From positions 26,288,001 through 26,352,000 of the forward strand of contig OX597833.1 in NCBI GenBank assembly GCA_951406725.2: DNA of 64,000 bases, read 5' to 3'. Shown piece by piece: positions 44,791 through 59,654 of the stretch (within the stretch, counting starts at the first letter, position 1; each line of letters opens with the position of its first letter). A program made the position numbers and the translations under genes. The notes under the pieces were generated by a model. That model was not told where the DNA came from. It made no database searches and was given only the letters and a program-made list of their open reading frames with translations. This DNA is from Octopus vulgaris (Eukaryota).

Positions 44791-45279
44791 TAAAAACTCA
44801 AAACAAATAGGAATTTTCTCTAAATCGCTTACAATTCTGTCAATTCAATAATGATAAAGAGAAAGGAAGGAAGAATGAAGATAAGACGTCAAGGAGAATG
44901 CTGTGGCATTCTTACACGGCCTAAAGACTGCAAGAACGGTATTACTTTGAAGAAGAAGGAGAGGAACAAAAAACGAAACTCACGTTTCTCACTGAAAGCA
45001 ATGACCAACCACTTGTACTCTAACGTTTCTGGCAACACATTAGTTTTAGTAATAGATTTTGAACTTAGAAAGTAAAAACTCAGAAACGTTAGCACGCCGG
45101 GCAAAATTCGTAGCCGTATTTCGTCTGCCGTTACGTTCTGAGTTCAAATTCCGCCGAGGTCGACTTTGCCTTTCATCCTTTCGAGATCAGTAAAATAAGT
45201 AATAGTTAAGCATTTGGGACATTGCTGGCCTTGTGCCAAAATTTGAAATCAATATTACAGTAACTATCTACTTTACTCT

Positions 45280-45586
45280 TATTTTACTTATGCGCCCTTT
45301 TCAAGCCTAGCCAGGCTCATGGGCCCGGTTTCCCGGTTTCTATGGCGTATGTGTATGGTGTATGTGTTCCATCCCAGCTAGACAGGACGCCAAGAAACAG
45401 AAAGAAATAGTGAGAAAAAATTAGGGTGAAAGAGTACAACAGAGGTAGCCACCACCTCCTGCCGGAGCCTCGTGGAGCTTTAGGTGTTTTCGCTCAATAA
45501 ACACACACAACGCCCGGTCTGGGAATCGAAACCGCGATCCTCCGACCGCGAGTCCGCTGCTCTAACCACTGGGCCATTGCGCCTCC
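45280..45586 (-). mobile_element. tRNA-derived SINE, family B, with TSD
   Basis: Head ggaggcgcaatggcccagtggttagagcagcggactcgcggtc...ggtttcgattccc; TSD ct(a/g)ctttactct at 45268 and 45587. Confidence 0.9.
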
Positions 45587-46552
45587 CTGCTTTACTCTAG
45601 GTGCCTTATAGAATGTAATCTACATAATAGCGTACCTTATAGAAAGGTTCCTACAATATACATCATATTTTAGATCAGACATGGAGACACTGCAGTCTCT
45701 GGCACTTTCTGAATGGCACGCACCACGACAAATTACCTTCAATGTATTTAGTAGTACGGCTTGCGTGATGATGAGCTCTGTGTCATGTTCCCTTCTTCTC
45801 GAGAAACTTTACCCATGCCTGCTGTAGACTACTGGACGTGTAAGTTAACCGATGAACATGAGTTTATTTAACTTATATTGTATGCTATGCTTTGTATTAT
45901 ATGATACGCTTCGACAAGTGTCTCTGACGTACGAGATGGTCTATACACTATGATCTAAATATATTAGCCACCGAGTCAGTATTGATATTGAGAGATAATA
46001 TTTATTCTCACTTAAACGTGGATGTTCTGTTAGAACAAACTATACTGCCGTAGATACCATTAGAACATCTCTCATATTGGCTTTTGGAGCAAAATGAACG
46101 CTTGTTTATATCACTAGCGGGGAGAAAATCCTCGCCATCTCCAGTGCCGTGATCACTATAATCTACGTTGTACAATAATTTTGCTGATAAACGTCTACAT
46201 TTTTAGTGCATGAAAGATTATGGACTTCATTCACCATTACTACCACACACTCTGTTTCTATTCGATATACCAGACCTCATAGACTGTGTCATGTTATGTG
46301 TTAGAATAGCTTCAGACTATGGTGTTTGCTGTACTTTAGATTGTAGTACACAGTCTGTATTGAACAGTACATTATAGAAGTGTTCTATATCTTAGAAACT
46401 GTAGAAAATACTCCACCATGTATTGGTTTCAAATGTTTGACCTCGGCGGAATTGGAACTCAGAACGTAGAGACGGATGAAATGCTGCTAAGCTTTTTTCC
46501 CCGTGTGCTAATGATTCTACCAGCTGGTCACCTTAATAACCTTAATACTCCA

Positions 46553-46610
<58 letters not shown>

Positions 46611-48189
46611 CAGACTTAGTTAATTACCCCCATAGCCTGCCATACTTTATACAGTACCTTACACATGTTGAGTACTATCTTGCATATAATAGCTCATGTG
46701 ATTGCAGTTTGGAGTAAGGTGCTAGTAGAGTGATACTAAACGTCGATTAAACGAGCAGATGCGATAATATTTCTAACTCTTGCATGTATAAGGTAACATG
46801 ATAGCCTCAACGCATTTGTTCTATATACTAGAAATAGTAGCCATTGGACCATTTAGCTCTGATATTAAGAAAAAAATAGAATTATAGCGACATGAAAGTT
46901 GCTCACTATCGGTCAATTTCATCAGGGTTATCAAATCACCAACACAACAGCACATGTATCTAATACTATACACATAAATTCTCTTTGCTAATCCTAAACA
47001 ATCGATATTGCGGTGAAGAATGACGCTTACCAAGGCTGACATATTTTTCAAGAAGACAGAATATTGGATATTGATTCAACAACCTATAATTGGCGTCGCG
47101 ATGCATCCGATCTCATCTTACAAAATCTGGCTTTCGTCTCCTATTTAATCGACATCGCAATTTCTTTCATCTTTATCTTTTAGCTTTATTTTCGAATTAT
47201 ATGATGGGTGTTACTTTGGAAATGTGATTGATATTGTTAGCACCTTCCACCTCGATTGAAGAAGCATACGATTAACCCGGATTTTTTTCTGCATATATAC
47301 AACTACAGAGGTATAAACCAAAATGTGTACTTTCTTTATTTTAAAACCTTAAGAGGAAATTAGCTGCTACTTCTAACACTTCGATCACTTGCGTAGAATC
47401 TCGTTGGTACACGCTTGGTGTTCTCAATGTGTTTGTTATCGCTGTGTATCTTTATATGACCTCTTATACAACAGATATCCGAAAAAAACATCAAGATAAA
47501 AGATAATCAACTTCACCATCAAAGGAAGATGAGAGAGTTCGACGCTTCACATATTGGACTTTCATCAAAAGACTAAGAGGAAAACAAAAGTACGTAGAAA
47601 AAAAAAAGAAGTGGATGTTCAATGGCAGTTCTGCTGTGAAAATAAATAGCTTGTACTACTGTTCGTTGCTTTGTTTTATTTTTCTTAAATGCTTTTGATA
47701 TATTGCAATGCTGATGTAGATTTTACATCTGCATTATACACGATTTCATTTATGATACAAAGCTCTAGGTCCTATACTATAGGATGTAAGCTGTCGGCTG
47801 GACAAGTACGTATGATTCACAGATCATACGTAGACTTAGCTATGCCGTAACTCCTCCTTGTTCGGGTGTAAACTATGTGATCAGACAGACCGTGTCAAGT
47901 ATACTCAACATTTATCATTTTACTGTGTTTATAATTTCAGGTTCTTCAGTGTCAAAATTGAACAAATTCTTTTACTGTAATTTGTGCGACAATTTACTTC
48001 CTGTGGTTTTGTAGCCCATGCTATTTCTATGAAAAGGGACGTGAAGATACTAATGTTATGTTGTTAACTCCTGTTGGCATCGTAGAAGTATCGTTATGAC
48101 GTACAAGTCTAGATTCTAAACCTGGTGGAGCTCATCCATTTCCATGACTAAACACAAAGACTTCCTCTAATAAAAATGTGAGAAAGAGA

Positions 48190-48222
<33 letters not shown>

Positions 48223-48223
48223 G

Positions 48224-48260
<37 letters not shown>

Positions 48261-48855
48261 CGATGGGTGGAGGAAGACAGTGGAAAAGAGAGAAAGAAAA
48301 AATGGCTATATTAAGCGACTGTTAGTTTATTTATCGATCTCAAAAAGATGAATGTTGGCCTCAGTAGAGCGCAGAAGGTTGGAACTAATATCAGAACATT
48401 GTTTCTGGTGCCCCAACGATTGTGCCTGACTTGTGTGATGAAAAGTGTGAAGTTGTTAGTACGAACCCATTCTTCCGTCACACACACTCACACATGTGTG
48501 TGCCTCTGTGTGTGTGTATTGCAATTTATGTAGCTTCTCACACAGTGATAGGCAGTCGAGAAGAGAGGAATGATCATATCTACACGTGTTGCTTAATGTG
48601 CAGTAGTTAAATATACTTTCCATATAATATGCATTAAATTGAACGTTGACTTTTGTCATATATTTATTACATACATATACCTCATCGAACTGTTCATTGC
48701 TGCATCTTTATGAATTGCTTATTTCATAACAGCAGATATAGTATTCATCTTGTCCTTTGTATATTCAAGAGTGTATGGATCGAATATCTTGCCTTATTTG
48801 AGACAAAGCGGCATATTTCAATTCATAGATTTTTGATTGCTATTTTTGACAATGT

Positions 48856-49112
48856 GGATTGCGTGGCTTGGTGGTTAGGGTGTTAGCATCATGATCGTAA
48901 GATTGTGATTTCGATTCCTGGACCGGGCGACGCGTTGTGTTCTTGAGCAAAAAACTTTATTTCACGTTGCTCCAGTCCACTCAGCTGGCAAAAATGAGTG
49001 ATGCTGGGATGGACTGGCGCCCCGTCCAGCTTGGGAACATATACACCACAGAAACCGGGAAACCGGGCCCATGAGCGTGACTAGGCTTTAAAAGAGCGTA
49101 TTAAAATTATTA
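48856..49112 (+). mobile_element. tRNA-derived SINE, family B
   Basis: A box tggcttggtggtt, B box tttcgattcc, tail gggcccatgagc..ctaggctttaaaag; possible TSD att.ttgacaat. Confidence 0.85.
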
Positions 49113-51353
49113 ATTCTTGACAATACAATAACCACGTAATAAATTCGTCGCAAGTTCATACGAACAAGACTTGAGCTCAAATCCTGACAAGATCAGCACA
49201 ACCTTTTATCCTTCCCAAATCAATGGCAACAAGTGCCAGACAAGTACTGCATCGGCGTAATTACGAAATCGTTCAGGAATAATTTTGTTTTTATAGTTTA
49301 TTAATGATTTTTTTTCTAACATGACAGGAGTTGTTTTTTTGTTTTTGCTTTTTTCTTTGATACATGGCACTAAAAATAAATTTAGTTTCAATTTATACAA
49401 GAATTTCTGTCTTGAATTTATTGTTGTTATTGTTGTTGCCATTGCTGATGTCAAGTTATTGATGTTGTTATTGATTTTTGTTTTACTTCAAACGCTGTTT
49501 TTAGGATTAGAATTCCTAGACGCTTAAAATTGGTAAGATTAAAATCTCGACAAGTAGACAGTTATACGCAACGGCACACTTGGAATAATTATTTGAAATT
49601 ATCTTTCTCTTGTTTTGCAGAATCTCTGGATTTCTATCCTATTTGACGCTTCGCTAAACACTCCTATTGTTTCTTTTTCCTATCTTTTAAAATTATGCTT
49701 GTTTATTTTTAATTTTATTTTCGTGTTTTAATTTTTTTTCTCTGATCTTTTCTTTATTACTTTGGAAATTTTCCATGAAAATAAAAAAAACATGAAAATA
49801 AAAAAAACAAATTCTTCAATTTGGCAACGGAAGAAGACAAATTACTAGAAACGTTGATGTAATTTGATATGCTGTATATCAAATTTCTTCTTCAATGGAC
49901 CGGCATGGCAGCCAACAACGAAAGGCCCCAGTGTTATTAGAGTTAAATCTATCATAAGTTACGTCCTACTAAGATGCACTACGAAACACTCATTCGAGGG
50001 TTCCAAGGTCTGTGGCATTAGGGATGAGTCTACACAATATTATCACGAACAACTCGTTCTTCAAACTTGTATTCTTAGATCCTGCCGGAATTTAAAGTTG
50101 TGTTCTTTCTTTCACATGTCGATACAATATAGCATCAGTAATCTTACTGGATATATTCAGCTAATTACATTCTCTTATAAAATGAATTCACCTCTCCTTA
50201 AATAGAAGTATTGCAATTATGATTATGATGGCTAGTGCAATCACTGGGATAGAGTTCAGTAACCTTTTGGTATCTAATGATAATACTATAGACACATGGC
50301 CCGCAGTTTTTCGTCAGTTCATACCATCGATCCTAGTACTCAGTACTTCGTTTTATTTAACGTTGCAACTTGGTTGTGTCGTTAGAGCGTTTGTTACATT
50401 GCCTGACGCTTATTTGATCACCTCTTTGTACTCTGACAACCACTCCGAGGTAAAATTTATCTTTCGCAGTTGATAAAGTACCAATCCATGGCAGCGGATT
50501 AATTGAATTTTTAGAGTACCGTAAGTTCATATTGCAGTTTTCGTTCCGGCCTTCTTCGTCCTGATTTCAAATCTCATCGTTTTTGTCCGAAAAAATGGAA
50601 AGATAAATGAAAAATAACAGTGATGCTTTTGTCAGGAGTTGTAACTAAAAGGCAATTATTACCAAATGAAAATCGATCGTTTGTTTCGATTGGTTCGGCG
50701 GCGGTGGGATATTGATGAACCTAATGATTCTAAATGAAGTGTGAGAATTACATTTATTTCGATGCATTAACTTTTTGAAAGAATTAAGATAATTACGAAT
50801 AAAGTAGAGACATTTTATTTTCACTTCTTTGATTCATCCTATTTCAGACATGTACCTACCAGAAGTTAACAAAGGAATTCACATCAACGCCTGTTCATAC
50901 CACCGAAACATTAAACCACTGATGGATTCGAAGCCGACAACCGTGACACTGTAACCATTTGGCCACGTAGAAATAACTATCAAATCTGCTTCAAATCACT
51001 TGCATCGTGTTATAAAAGGAAAACTCATTTAAAGCAATAATAAAGCATGAGGAGTTTAGAGCTTGCGCGTCATTAATCGCAGGTTTGCCCAATCAAGGAT
51101 GAACTGGCATTAAACAACAAAAGATAACGTGCAAGACTGCCAATGCTGGAATTTTAATCTTAGTTTATTGGTTTACATTCTGAAAATAATTTTTTAAAAC
51201 TTTTACTTGCTTCAGTCATCAGACAGCGATCATGCTGGGGCACCGCCTTGAAAAATTTTTAATCGAATGAATCGAACCCAATACTTTTTTTTAAAAGCTT
51301 GGTCCTACAAACACCGATTGTGAGGCGGTGACGGGAGACGACAGCAGACAAAA

Positions 51354-51392
<39 letters not shown>

Positions 51393-52815
51393 GCATCTTT
51401 GAGTTTCCATCTATCAAATTCCACTGACAAGGTTTTGGTCGGCCCAGTTGCCATACGATGGAACTGAACCCGAAGCCATTTGGTTGCGAAGCAAGCTTCT
51501 TACCACACAGCCACTTTCTCTTGCATACCTCAAATAAATTCTTGAAAATAATTCCTATCTAAAATGAGAATACGTCACGTGCATTTATATATTTACATCC
51601 ACTGCAGCTTTTGGATATTAACACTAGTGTGAGAATGAAAGGAAGAGATGTGAAGCGTGAGAAATAGAGGAAATATGAAAAGGGGATGAACATTCGAGGT
51701 TCTTAGAGACAGAAAGGTAATATTTAACGCGTGAAAGTGTGTAATTGTGTATGGGAGGAGCAAAAGCAAAACTAGATTCAAATAGGGAGAAACAGAAAGA
51801 GAGAGAAAAGGAAGAGTAGGAATAGGTTGTAAAAGCCTTCGCATTACGATATCTTTATTCTAAGGCAACGAGCTGGCGGAATAGTTAGCAAACCCGGCAA
51901 AAGGTTTAGCGGCATTTCGTCTGTTTGCATGCATGTTCTTAATTCAAATTACGCGAAGGTTGACTTTGATTTCCGTCCCTTCGGGGTGGACAAAATAAGT
52001 ACCAGTTGAGTACTGAGGTCGATATAATCCAATGACACCCCGTCTGAAATTGCTAGCAATGTGCCAAAGTTTAAAGCCATTGTTGGATCTATATTTACAT
52101 CATTCCCTATTTCTATATAATTAAAGAGTAAATAAATTCATGGCGTGATCAATTGAAAATCATTATGCTGCATTGTCTTTCTTTGGTTATTTCTTCAACT
52201 CATTTGTAACGTGAGAGCGTTTCATATGACATTCACTTAAAAACAGAAACAATATAATAATCAAGAATACTGAAGAAAATGCTAGTTCTATAGGTCATAA
52301 TTTTCCAAAGTACTATTTCACTTTTGTGTGTGTGCATGTGTTTATGTTTGTATGTGTGTGCGTGTGTTTATGTGTGTATGTGTTCACGTATGAGCGTGTA
52401 AGCCTTAGTTCCAGTCTCTCCTTGTGCAGTATGTCACAAGAAGAAATCTCCACAGCACTCATAAAAGCGATATCAAGTTCTTAAGCCAGGCCCGAATCTT
52501 TCTTCAATGATAGTATCCTGTGGGTTACTCAGCCCACCTCTTAACATGACTCCTTAACTTTTGATATGATCGCATCAGGAAATCATTAACATGGTCCGAA
52601 AGCAATATCTTTGGAAGACGTTGGTGGTTCTACCATACATCTAAATGGTAACTTCGTTTGTTTCACAACCATAACTCACCGGTAGCTTGAAGATAGATGT
52701 ATAGAGGTAGAGTTTTGTACCATGGCTGATATAAATATATGTACTATATTCTGTCTTTTGTATCTAGCTGCTAATGTTATGTATCTATGTTTGTGGTGCA
52801 TCGTGAGCTGTGTAT

Positions 52816-54979
52816 GGGCGGCGCCATTTTAGTTGTTTTAACCTTGAATGTGTATTATTTACAGTCATAATAATTTATGAAAGGAAGGTAAACTTCTACT
52901 TAAAAAGAAACGGTGGGGGAAGTCAATGATGGAAGAACAGTTACGTAATCTTAAATTTAAGGACTACCTTACACAAAATAGAAATGAAATCAGCAACTGT
53001 TGAAGCTGCAGCATAACTAAATCCACACAAACGAATCAGAAACGTCTCTAACACATAAGAAATGTTTTGCTATGGCTAAACTTAGTATTGATATTTCTCC
53101 ATTTATGCTAAATAATGATGAACGGAGAGTGAGCAAACAGTCAAAAGTGAACTACTCTTTGTCGGTTGTTTTATGAACATAAAGCGCTACTCATCTGTAA
53201 CAGAGAATTAACAGACTGTATAATTACTTTAGTGTATTATTCAGATTGGAATGACTTTCTTAAAAACAAAAACAGTTTTAACGTTAATTCTGCAAATCAC
53301 AAAATGTTTCTATCATAATTCATAAAAGTTCAGTCATTTCAGTTACCATCGTTTTGGCTGTAATTATCAGTGGCTTTGATTTGAACAACTATCATGTCGT
53401 AGACATTTTATTATATATACTACAATAGTTGAAAATGAAACAGGTCTTAGTCTTTACAATTCTGTCAAAGGTACCTTGCGTGAGAGAAATTTTCCTCTAG
53501 GAAATATTATTGGATTCACAAGCGGTAATTGTTCTTCCACGGTGGGCGACAAATGTGAATTCCTAAAATTATAGAAATACACCGTACCTTCTATTTTATT
53601 ATGAAACGTGACTTTTATTATTTTGCTCTCTGTGTGGTCCTACTGTCAGCGTGTTGCCGTCAATTTTAGAGACTTTGCTAAAAGATTTTTATATTACTTT
53701 TCTTACAGTAGCAAGACAGAACGGCATTTCAAAAAGTTGTTGCGACAACTTTCCACAAATTCCTTAAACTTTCTCAAATAAGGTACCTTTCCTCAGAAGT
53801 GAATCAAAAGTTGACAAAGTTGACGATACCAGGTGAATTTATGAGATACTAAACAATCACGGACTCAAGAACATGCTACTTATTCTTCATTATGTACGGA
53901 AGAATGTGAATGTATTGGATATAGAATAACTGTCTGAGCATGTCAGGTGCTTTTGTCTGCATTTAATGACATTTATCAGGATACAGACATCTCGTGAGTC
54001 TCCTTACCAAAGATGAATTACAGGTATATATTAAATTATCAGAAACGGATTCAAGCAATGAAAGTAATTACAAAAATATTAATGATGTTTACCTGGGAGG
54101 AAAGGCATCAGAACATTTAATTAATGGAACTTTTGATGATGTAATCAATGTTAGAAGATTTCAGACTGATTGCATGAAATGCCAAGTGAAATTATGCATC
54201 TAAATAAGAAATATATTTCGTTTCAGTGGAGATGTAGTTATTGCTAAATTAATGACATTAAAAGCAAAGATAGCTTACTATCGCAGTCTATATCCTGCAT
54301 CAGTTATTTAACTATTTGTTTATTCCCCAGCCTTTGTGTCAGAAAGAAGTCCTAATGATCTTGATCATCAATGAAGATATAACAGCAGACGCTTTACCTC
54401 TGCCTCTATAGAAAATATTTCTCAAGCTAAAAGACTTAAATGATGGAGTTCATAATTCAGAATGTAATTCATTATCCGAATTTAAGAACTATTTAACCAT
54501 TTCACCACATTTGACAGCATGACTTCAAGGAAGAATCACTCTAATGAAGTGCATCATAACAAATAGCACCGATTTATTTTTAACCGGTGAGTGTAACGCA
54601 CAGATTAATTGAAAAGCTATCTTTGCTAGAAATATTATGGAAAGCACAATGTAGGGACCCGGAAAAGAATAAATTAAAGTCTCGGAAGAAGTTTCTGTAA
54701 GCAAAAAATAATTAGGAGGAATTAAAAGAAAAAAAAAAGAAGCAGGCTGAAAACAACAAGACGAAGAACTGTGCTCAACGTTTAAAGTTAAGTTAAATAC
54801 TGCGATGTTGTTTTTATAATCTGGGCTTTCTTCCTTTTGAGTCTTCCTCACCCACTTTTTGTCCTGACTGTAATTTGGAATCTTCTTGAAAATCCTATTG
54901 AAATTTCAGACAACACGTTAGCTGTCTAATTCTAAAACTAAGACTGCTTATGACGAGTTCACTCGCCTAAAGGCGGCCC
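52816..54979 (+). mobile_element. Decayed hAT-superfamily transposon
   Basis: Remnants GFTSGNCSSTVG, FSYSSKTERHF, SQIRYLS, NDVYLGGKA...RRFQTDCMKCQVKLCI; possible short TIR tatgggcggc / gcggcccata; boundaries uncertain. Confidence 0.6.
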
Positions 54980-55292
54980 ATATGTTTTCCAACAATTTCC
55001 TTCTTTTTGCATTTGTTTAGTGATAAAATTGGACCTAAACCATCAAATTTATGATCAACGTCATCCCAGTAGTCATCATCGGATTCCTTTACGTTTTACC
55101 TTTTACTTGTTTCAATATTAGACTGCGACTATGCTGTGGCAACACCTTCAGGTATTTTAGTCAAGCGCATCGATCACAGTACTTACTTTTTGTTTGCCTA
55201 ACTGCTATATTACGGGAATATAAACAAACCAACATTTGTTGTCAAGTGGCAGTTGGACATAAACAGAGATTCAACCACACACACTCATTATT

Positions 55293-55362
<70 letters not shown>

Positions 55363-57270
55363 CACAAATATACACAAATATACACATATACAGAAAGAGA
55401 GAGAGAATTGCAATGTCTGAAGAATTTCTAATTTTTTGTGAAAATTGTTTGTAATTTCGGGTAGATTTATATATTCTGTTTGACAGTCAAATCAATAAGA
55501 CTACTTAAAATTTATTTTGTTGGGTACCACTGTACTTTAGCCCACTTTCAAGTCGAATGGAATTTGTTAATTAACATTAACTAGATACATCTAATGAGAA
55601 TGAACAATTCATTCACCATCTTAGGCAGCAGTGTCGGCAGTGCTGTATAATTTATAAGATTTTGTCTAGACTGCAATCATGAAACCAAATTCTCGCATTT
55701 CATTTATATTTGGCAATAGGTTGGGCTTTACATCCAACGTTTATCTGAAGATGCACAGAAAAATTATTCAGTTTCAACCACTAATAAAATCCACAGAATA
55801 TTGTGGTGTAACAAAACTGCAAAACAGTTTATAATCCATTGGCATATGATCACAATATACAGCAATAGGGATGGCGTATATACAGCAATTGTGATGGTGC
55901 ATTTTCCCTAATGCAGGATTGATACGTTTCTAAAACTAGCATTTGATTTCATAACTTGAGAGGATATAACTCGATACTGCGAAACACGTAGCTTCATGAT
56001 TCTATTTTTTACTATCTTACGATTCTTCTCACATTTAATTTTATATACTTACCTAGCCTTACTATCATACAGCGGTTGTATTAATACTGCTTGAAATGTC
56101 GAGATTCAAGAAATATTTCCGCCTGAAGAGATCGACAGAGAATAAATGGAGTGTAAATTATTACCTCGACAGACAAGTTTGTTGGCAGTCAGAGACAAAC
56201 AGATATCCAACGCTTCATAGATGTTGTTTAGACATGTCTGGATTACGGTTCTTCCAAAATTTAGCTATTTCTATAGGTAATTAAGTTAACTGATATTCAA
56301 ACACCACCCATTTGCGATTTTAAAGAGCCATACATAAAATATGTATTTGCTTTCGTTTAACTACAAAATAAATCATAACTGATTGAATGAGAAAACCAAC
56401 GGTGAGTGTATTTAATATTCAGAAGCCTTCCTCACGTTTGTTCGCTCAAACTACATTTCAACTGCTTGTAAAGATAGTCGCTAAATTCTGCCTACTGAAC
56501 TGCAATTGCTTGACTGAAAAGATCGAACGAGATCAAACCATGTCTGTTTCTTCACCAGTTTGTTTTCAAGATGGGAACCAGTTTCAACAACATTGTAAAA
56601 ATGTGGATTAGCTGACATAATGTTACCTTTTTTCGTTTAGCTTTTAAACAATCTAAGAGGGAAGTTTTGACTTATAATTACGAGACTGACACTTATCTGA
56701 AAATATTGAACACATTATATAGTATATGTGAGACATTATGTAGGCATAAAAAAAGAACGCACGTGTTTGGAACACAAGTCTTTAAAGTGATCAAATTCAC
56801 AATTCAAAGTTTTGCAAAATGGTTATTAATAAAGGACGCAACATGCGGGCAAGTAACAAACTTCAGTAACAAGTGTAGGAAATATACACGAAACAAAAAG
56901 GAACAGACGTTTTGTATGAGAAAGTAAGAAATGGAAAATAGTACTGAACTCAACAAAAAATTAATACCCAACTTTGAAACACTTGTATTGTATAAATATT
57001 GCGGTTTATAACGACAACTGCTAATCATATTTATAAAAGGCATGATGTGTGTGCGTGTGTGTGTGTGTACCTGATTGTAATTTATGCACATCCACAAATT
57101 AGCACGCATGTCGCTCAAATTTTAGGAGGACATTCGTCAACATCCTATCTGGGCTTTGTCAACTTATTTTTCTTCTCGAGGCACCCGCGGATAGGGTAAA
57201 AATCTATTTTCAACCATAGCTTTTAGCCATAAAAAATACCAGCAGTAGCTTTTTTGATGGCGACTAACCA

Positions 57271-57680
57271 AAAAAAGTAAGATAAAGAAAAGTGGAAGAA
57301 GGAGGCAGAGAGTTTCACGGGAAAGACAAAGTGAGTGAGGGAGAGAGAGAGTCATTGCTTCTTTGACGGCGTCCAACAAAAAAATAAGATAAAGAAAAGT
57401 GGAAGAAGGAGGCAGAGAGTTTCACGGGAAAGACAAAGTGCGTGAGGGAGAGAGAGAGTCATTACTTCTTTGACGGCGTCCAACAAAAAAATAAGATAAA
57501 GAAAAGTGGAAGAAGGTGGCAGAGAGTTTCACGGGAAAGACAAAGTGAGAGAGGGAGAGAGAGAGTCATTGCTTTTTTGACGGCGTCTAACAAAAAAAAA
57601 TAAGATAAAGAAAAGTGGAAGAAGGTGGCAGAGAGTTTCATGGGAAAGACAAAGTGAGAGAGGGAGAGAGAGAGAGAGAA
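57271..57680. repeat. Tandem repeat, ~107-110-bp purine-rich unit, about 3.7 copies
   Basis: Unit taagataaagaaaagtggaagaagg.ggcagagagtttcacgggaaagacaaagtg...gacggcgtccaac. Confidence 0.95.
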
Positions 57681-58255
57681 AGTAAGTGACTACATTCATA
57701 AAAAATAAAATGTAAAATGTTTTGTTTTTTTTTGTTTTTGAAAGACACGCTATATTTTATAATCATAGTATATATACTTTCTCACACAACAATTACAATA
57801 TATTTATTTTAACTCGTTCATCTTTCTCCCCCTCTCTCTCTCTCTCTCTCACACATTACTTTGGGTGCGAAAGAGTTTTGTTTTTATTTTACGCCGAGTA
57901 AAAAAGTGTTTTGTTGACAATCCATTTATTTAACAACAAAGAAACAAAGAGGTGAGTAACAATTTGTCAGTGAATTACACACTATAAATGGGTACACTTT
58001 GCGAGGTTTCCACCACACCCCCACTCAGTTTCACGGACCACAAAAAGGGTTTTGAGGCCAGAGTAGTTGATTCCACGTTGATTACTGAATATTGTGCGAG
58101 TGTTAATTTACAAATTTAACATTTTTTCCATTCATTTCTGTTTATGTACATGTATGCGTGCACAAAACATGCAATAGGTGTACGTACGTACGCGTGTGTA
58201 TATGTGTTCCTGTCTGTTGCCCATATATATTTATATTATATTATATAATATATAA

Positions 58256-58658
58256 TTTTACTCTTTTACATGTCTCAGTCATTTGACTGCGGCCATGCTG
58301 GAGCACTGCCTTTAGTCGAGCAAATCGACCCCGGGACTTATTCTTTGTAATCCCAGTACTTATTCTATCGGTCTTTTTTGCCGAACCGCTAAGTAACGGG
58401 GACGTAAACACATCAGCATCGGCTGTCAAGCAATGCTAGGGGTACAAACACAGACACACAAACACATGCACATACATATCCATATATATACATATATACG
58501 AGAGGCACTTTCAGTTTCCGTCTACCAAATCTACTCAAAAGGCATTGGTCGACCCGGGGCTATAGCAGAAGACACTTGCCCAAGATGCCACGCAGTGGGA
58601 CTAAACCCGGAACCATGTGGTTGGTTAGCAAGCTACTTACCACACAGCCACTCCTGCG

Positions 58659-58659
<1 letters not shown>
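58256..58659 (-). mobile_element. Full-length tRNA-derived SINE, family A
   Basis: Close reverse-complement match to 21196-21602. Confidence 0.9.
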
Positions 58660-58718
<59 letters not shown>

Positions 58719-59567
58719 TAACTAATTTCAACGGATTTCGCCCAAATTTGACGTCTATATTACTTAGTTTGGTTTGAAATAAAGAACTTGATTAGCTTAA
58801 TAATCATAACTTAATCCCGGGCAAGGCCGGGTTATACTGCTAATACATATATATATGATAAATGAGACACGGAAAATGGAAGATACGACAGCTTTTGTTT
58901 TCGACACATCTAGTATCGATCCCTCACGAGTGGGATAGTTAACAACCGGTCCAGAGAAGCATCTGACGGTGATAAACAGATACGCTAAATATAGAAAATG
59001 TGGAGGATTTTGCTGAGGGATTTAATTGATCAGCAAGATGTTCGTGTTAGCATTGTCAAAACATATATGTATTTTATACATATAGCACACGCGTGTGTGT
59101 GAATATGTATACAAATACATATAAAATTGTATACGTGCGTTGAGGTTATGTATGTACATATGTGTATATGAATGATTTTATACATATATGCATATATTTA
59201 CACACACACCTGCAAATACAAACAAGCACACCTATATACACATACATATCGACAATTATTAAAAGCAATTAATTAGCATCTTCAGCCCCCATGGTTTTAA
59301 TATGTTATTCTTGGGCGTCAAACTGTTGCTCGCCATATCATTAATTTTTCTCTAAATCGGAAGAAATACCAGCAGTAGCTGTTAATTATTGTAATTCTTC
59401 CAAAAAGGTGTATGTGTTAATCCCATTTGCTTCCCACCTGTTGCCCCAGGAGCCTCCGAGATATTCAATTTCTAAGAACAATTAACTTATGGCAAATTCT
59501 GAGTCGAGTGGTTGCCATATTGTAACTTACACCAATCAAGGCACAAATCTTATTAGAATATTCCAAT

Positions 59568-59654
59568 TCACACATAAACTCTCGTTAACATTATCAACAA
59601 TAGCATGTATTTCTTATTGCATTCCATTACACAATATAAATTATATCTTTCACC
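59568..59654 (-). CDS. Candidate exon 3 of a small secreted peptide (GERYNLYCVMECNKKYMLLLIMLTRVYV*), possibly frameshifted
   Basis: Acceptor tattttaaacag; phase 0 matches the preceding candidate exon; downstream donor gtaagt at 59530. Confidence 0.3.
   Translation of the reverse strand, partial: GERYNLYCVMECNKKYMLLLIMLTRVYV

Larger units (their letters stand above)
57025..58843 (+). mobile_element. Non-autonomous Helitron-like element with internal minisatellite and nested SINE
   Basis: 5' A|TCatatttataaaagg then (GT)n; 3' GC hairpin cccgg-gcaagg-ccggg 8 nt before CTAA|T (CTRR). Confidence 0.65.

Noticed and set aside
45510-45586. tRNA gene
   Set aside because: A/B boxes present but no proper acceptor stem; continues into a SINE body with TSD.
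46880-46935. ctgatga on minus strand with a downstream gtc
   Set aside because: No GAAA box at the required position.
47536-47574. Hammerhead-like ttgatga…gaagcgtc (minus strand)
   Set aside because: Two core mutations and poor stems I/II; kept only as a weak member of the overall tally.
57271-57680. CRISPR-like regular array
   Set aside because: Whole units are repeated with no unique spacers; eukaryotic context and no cas genes.
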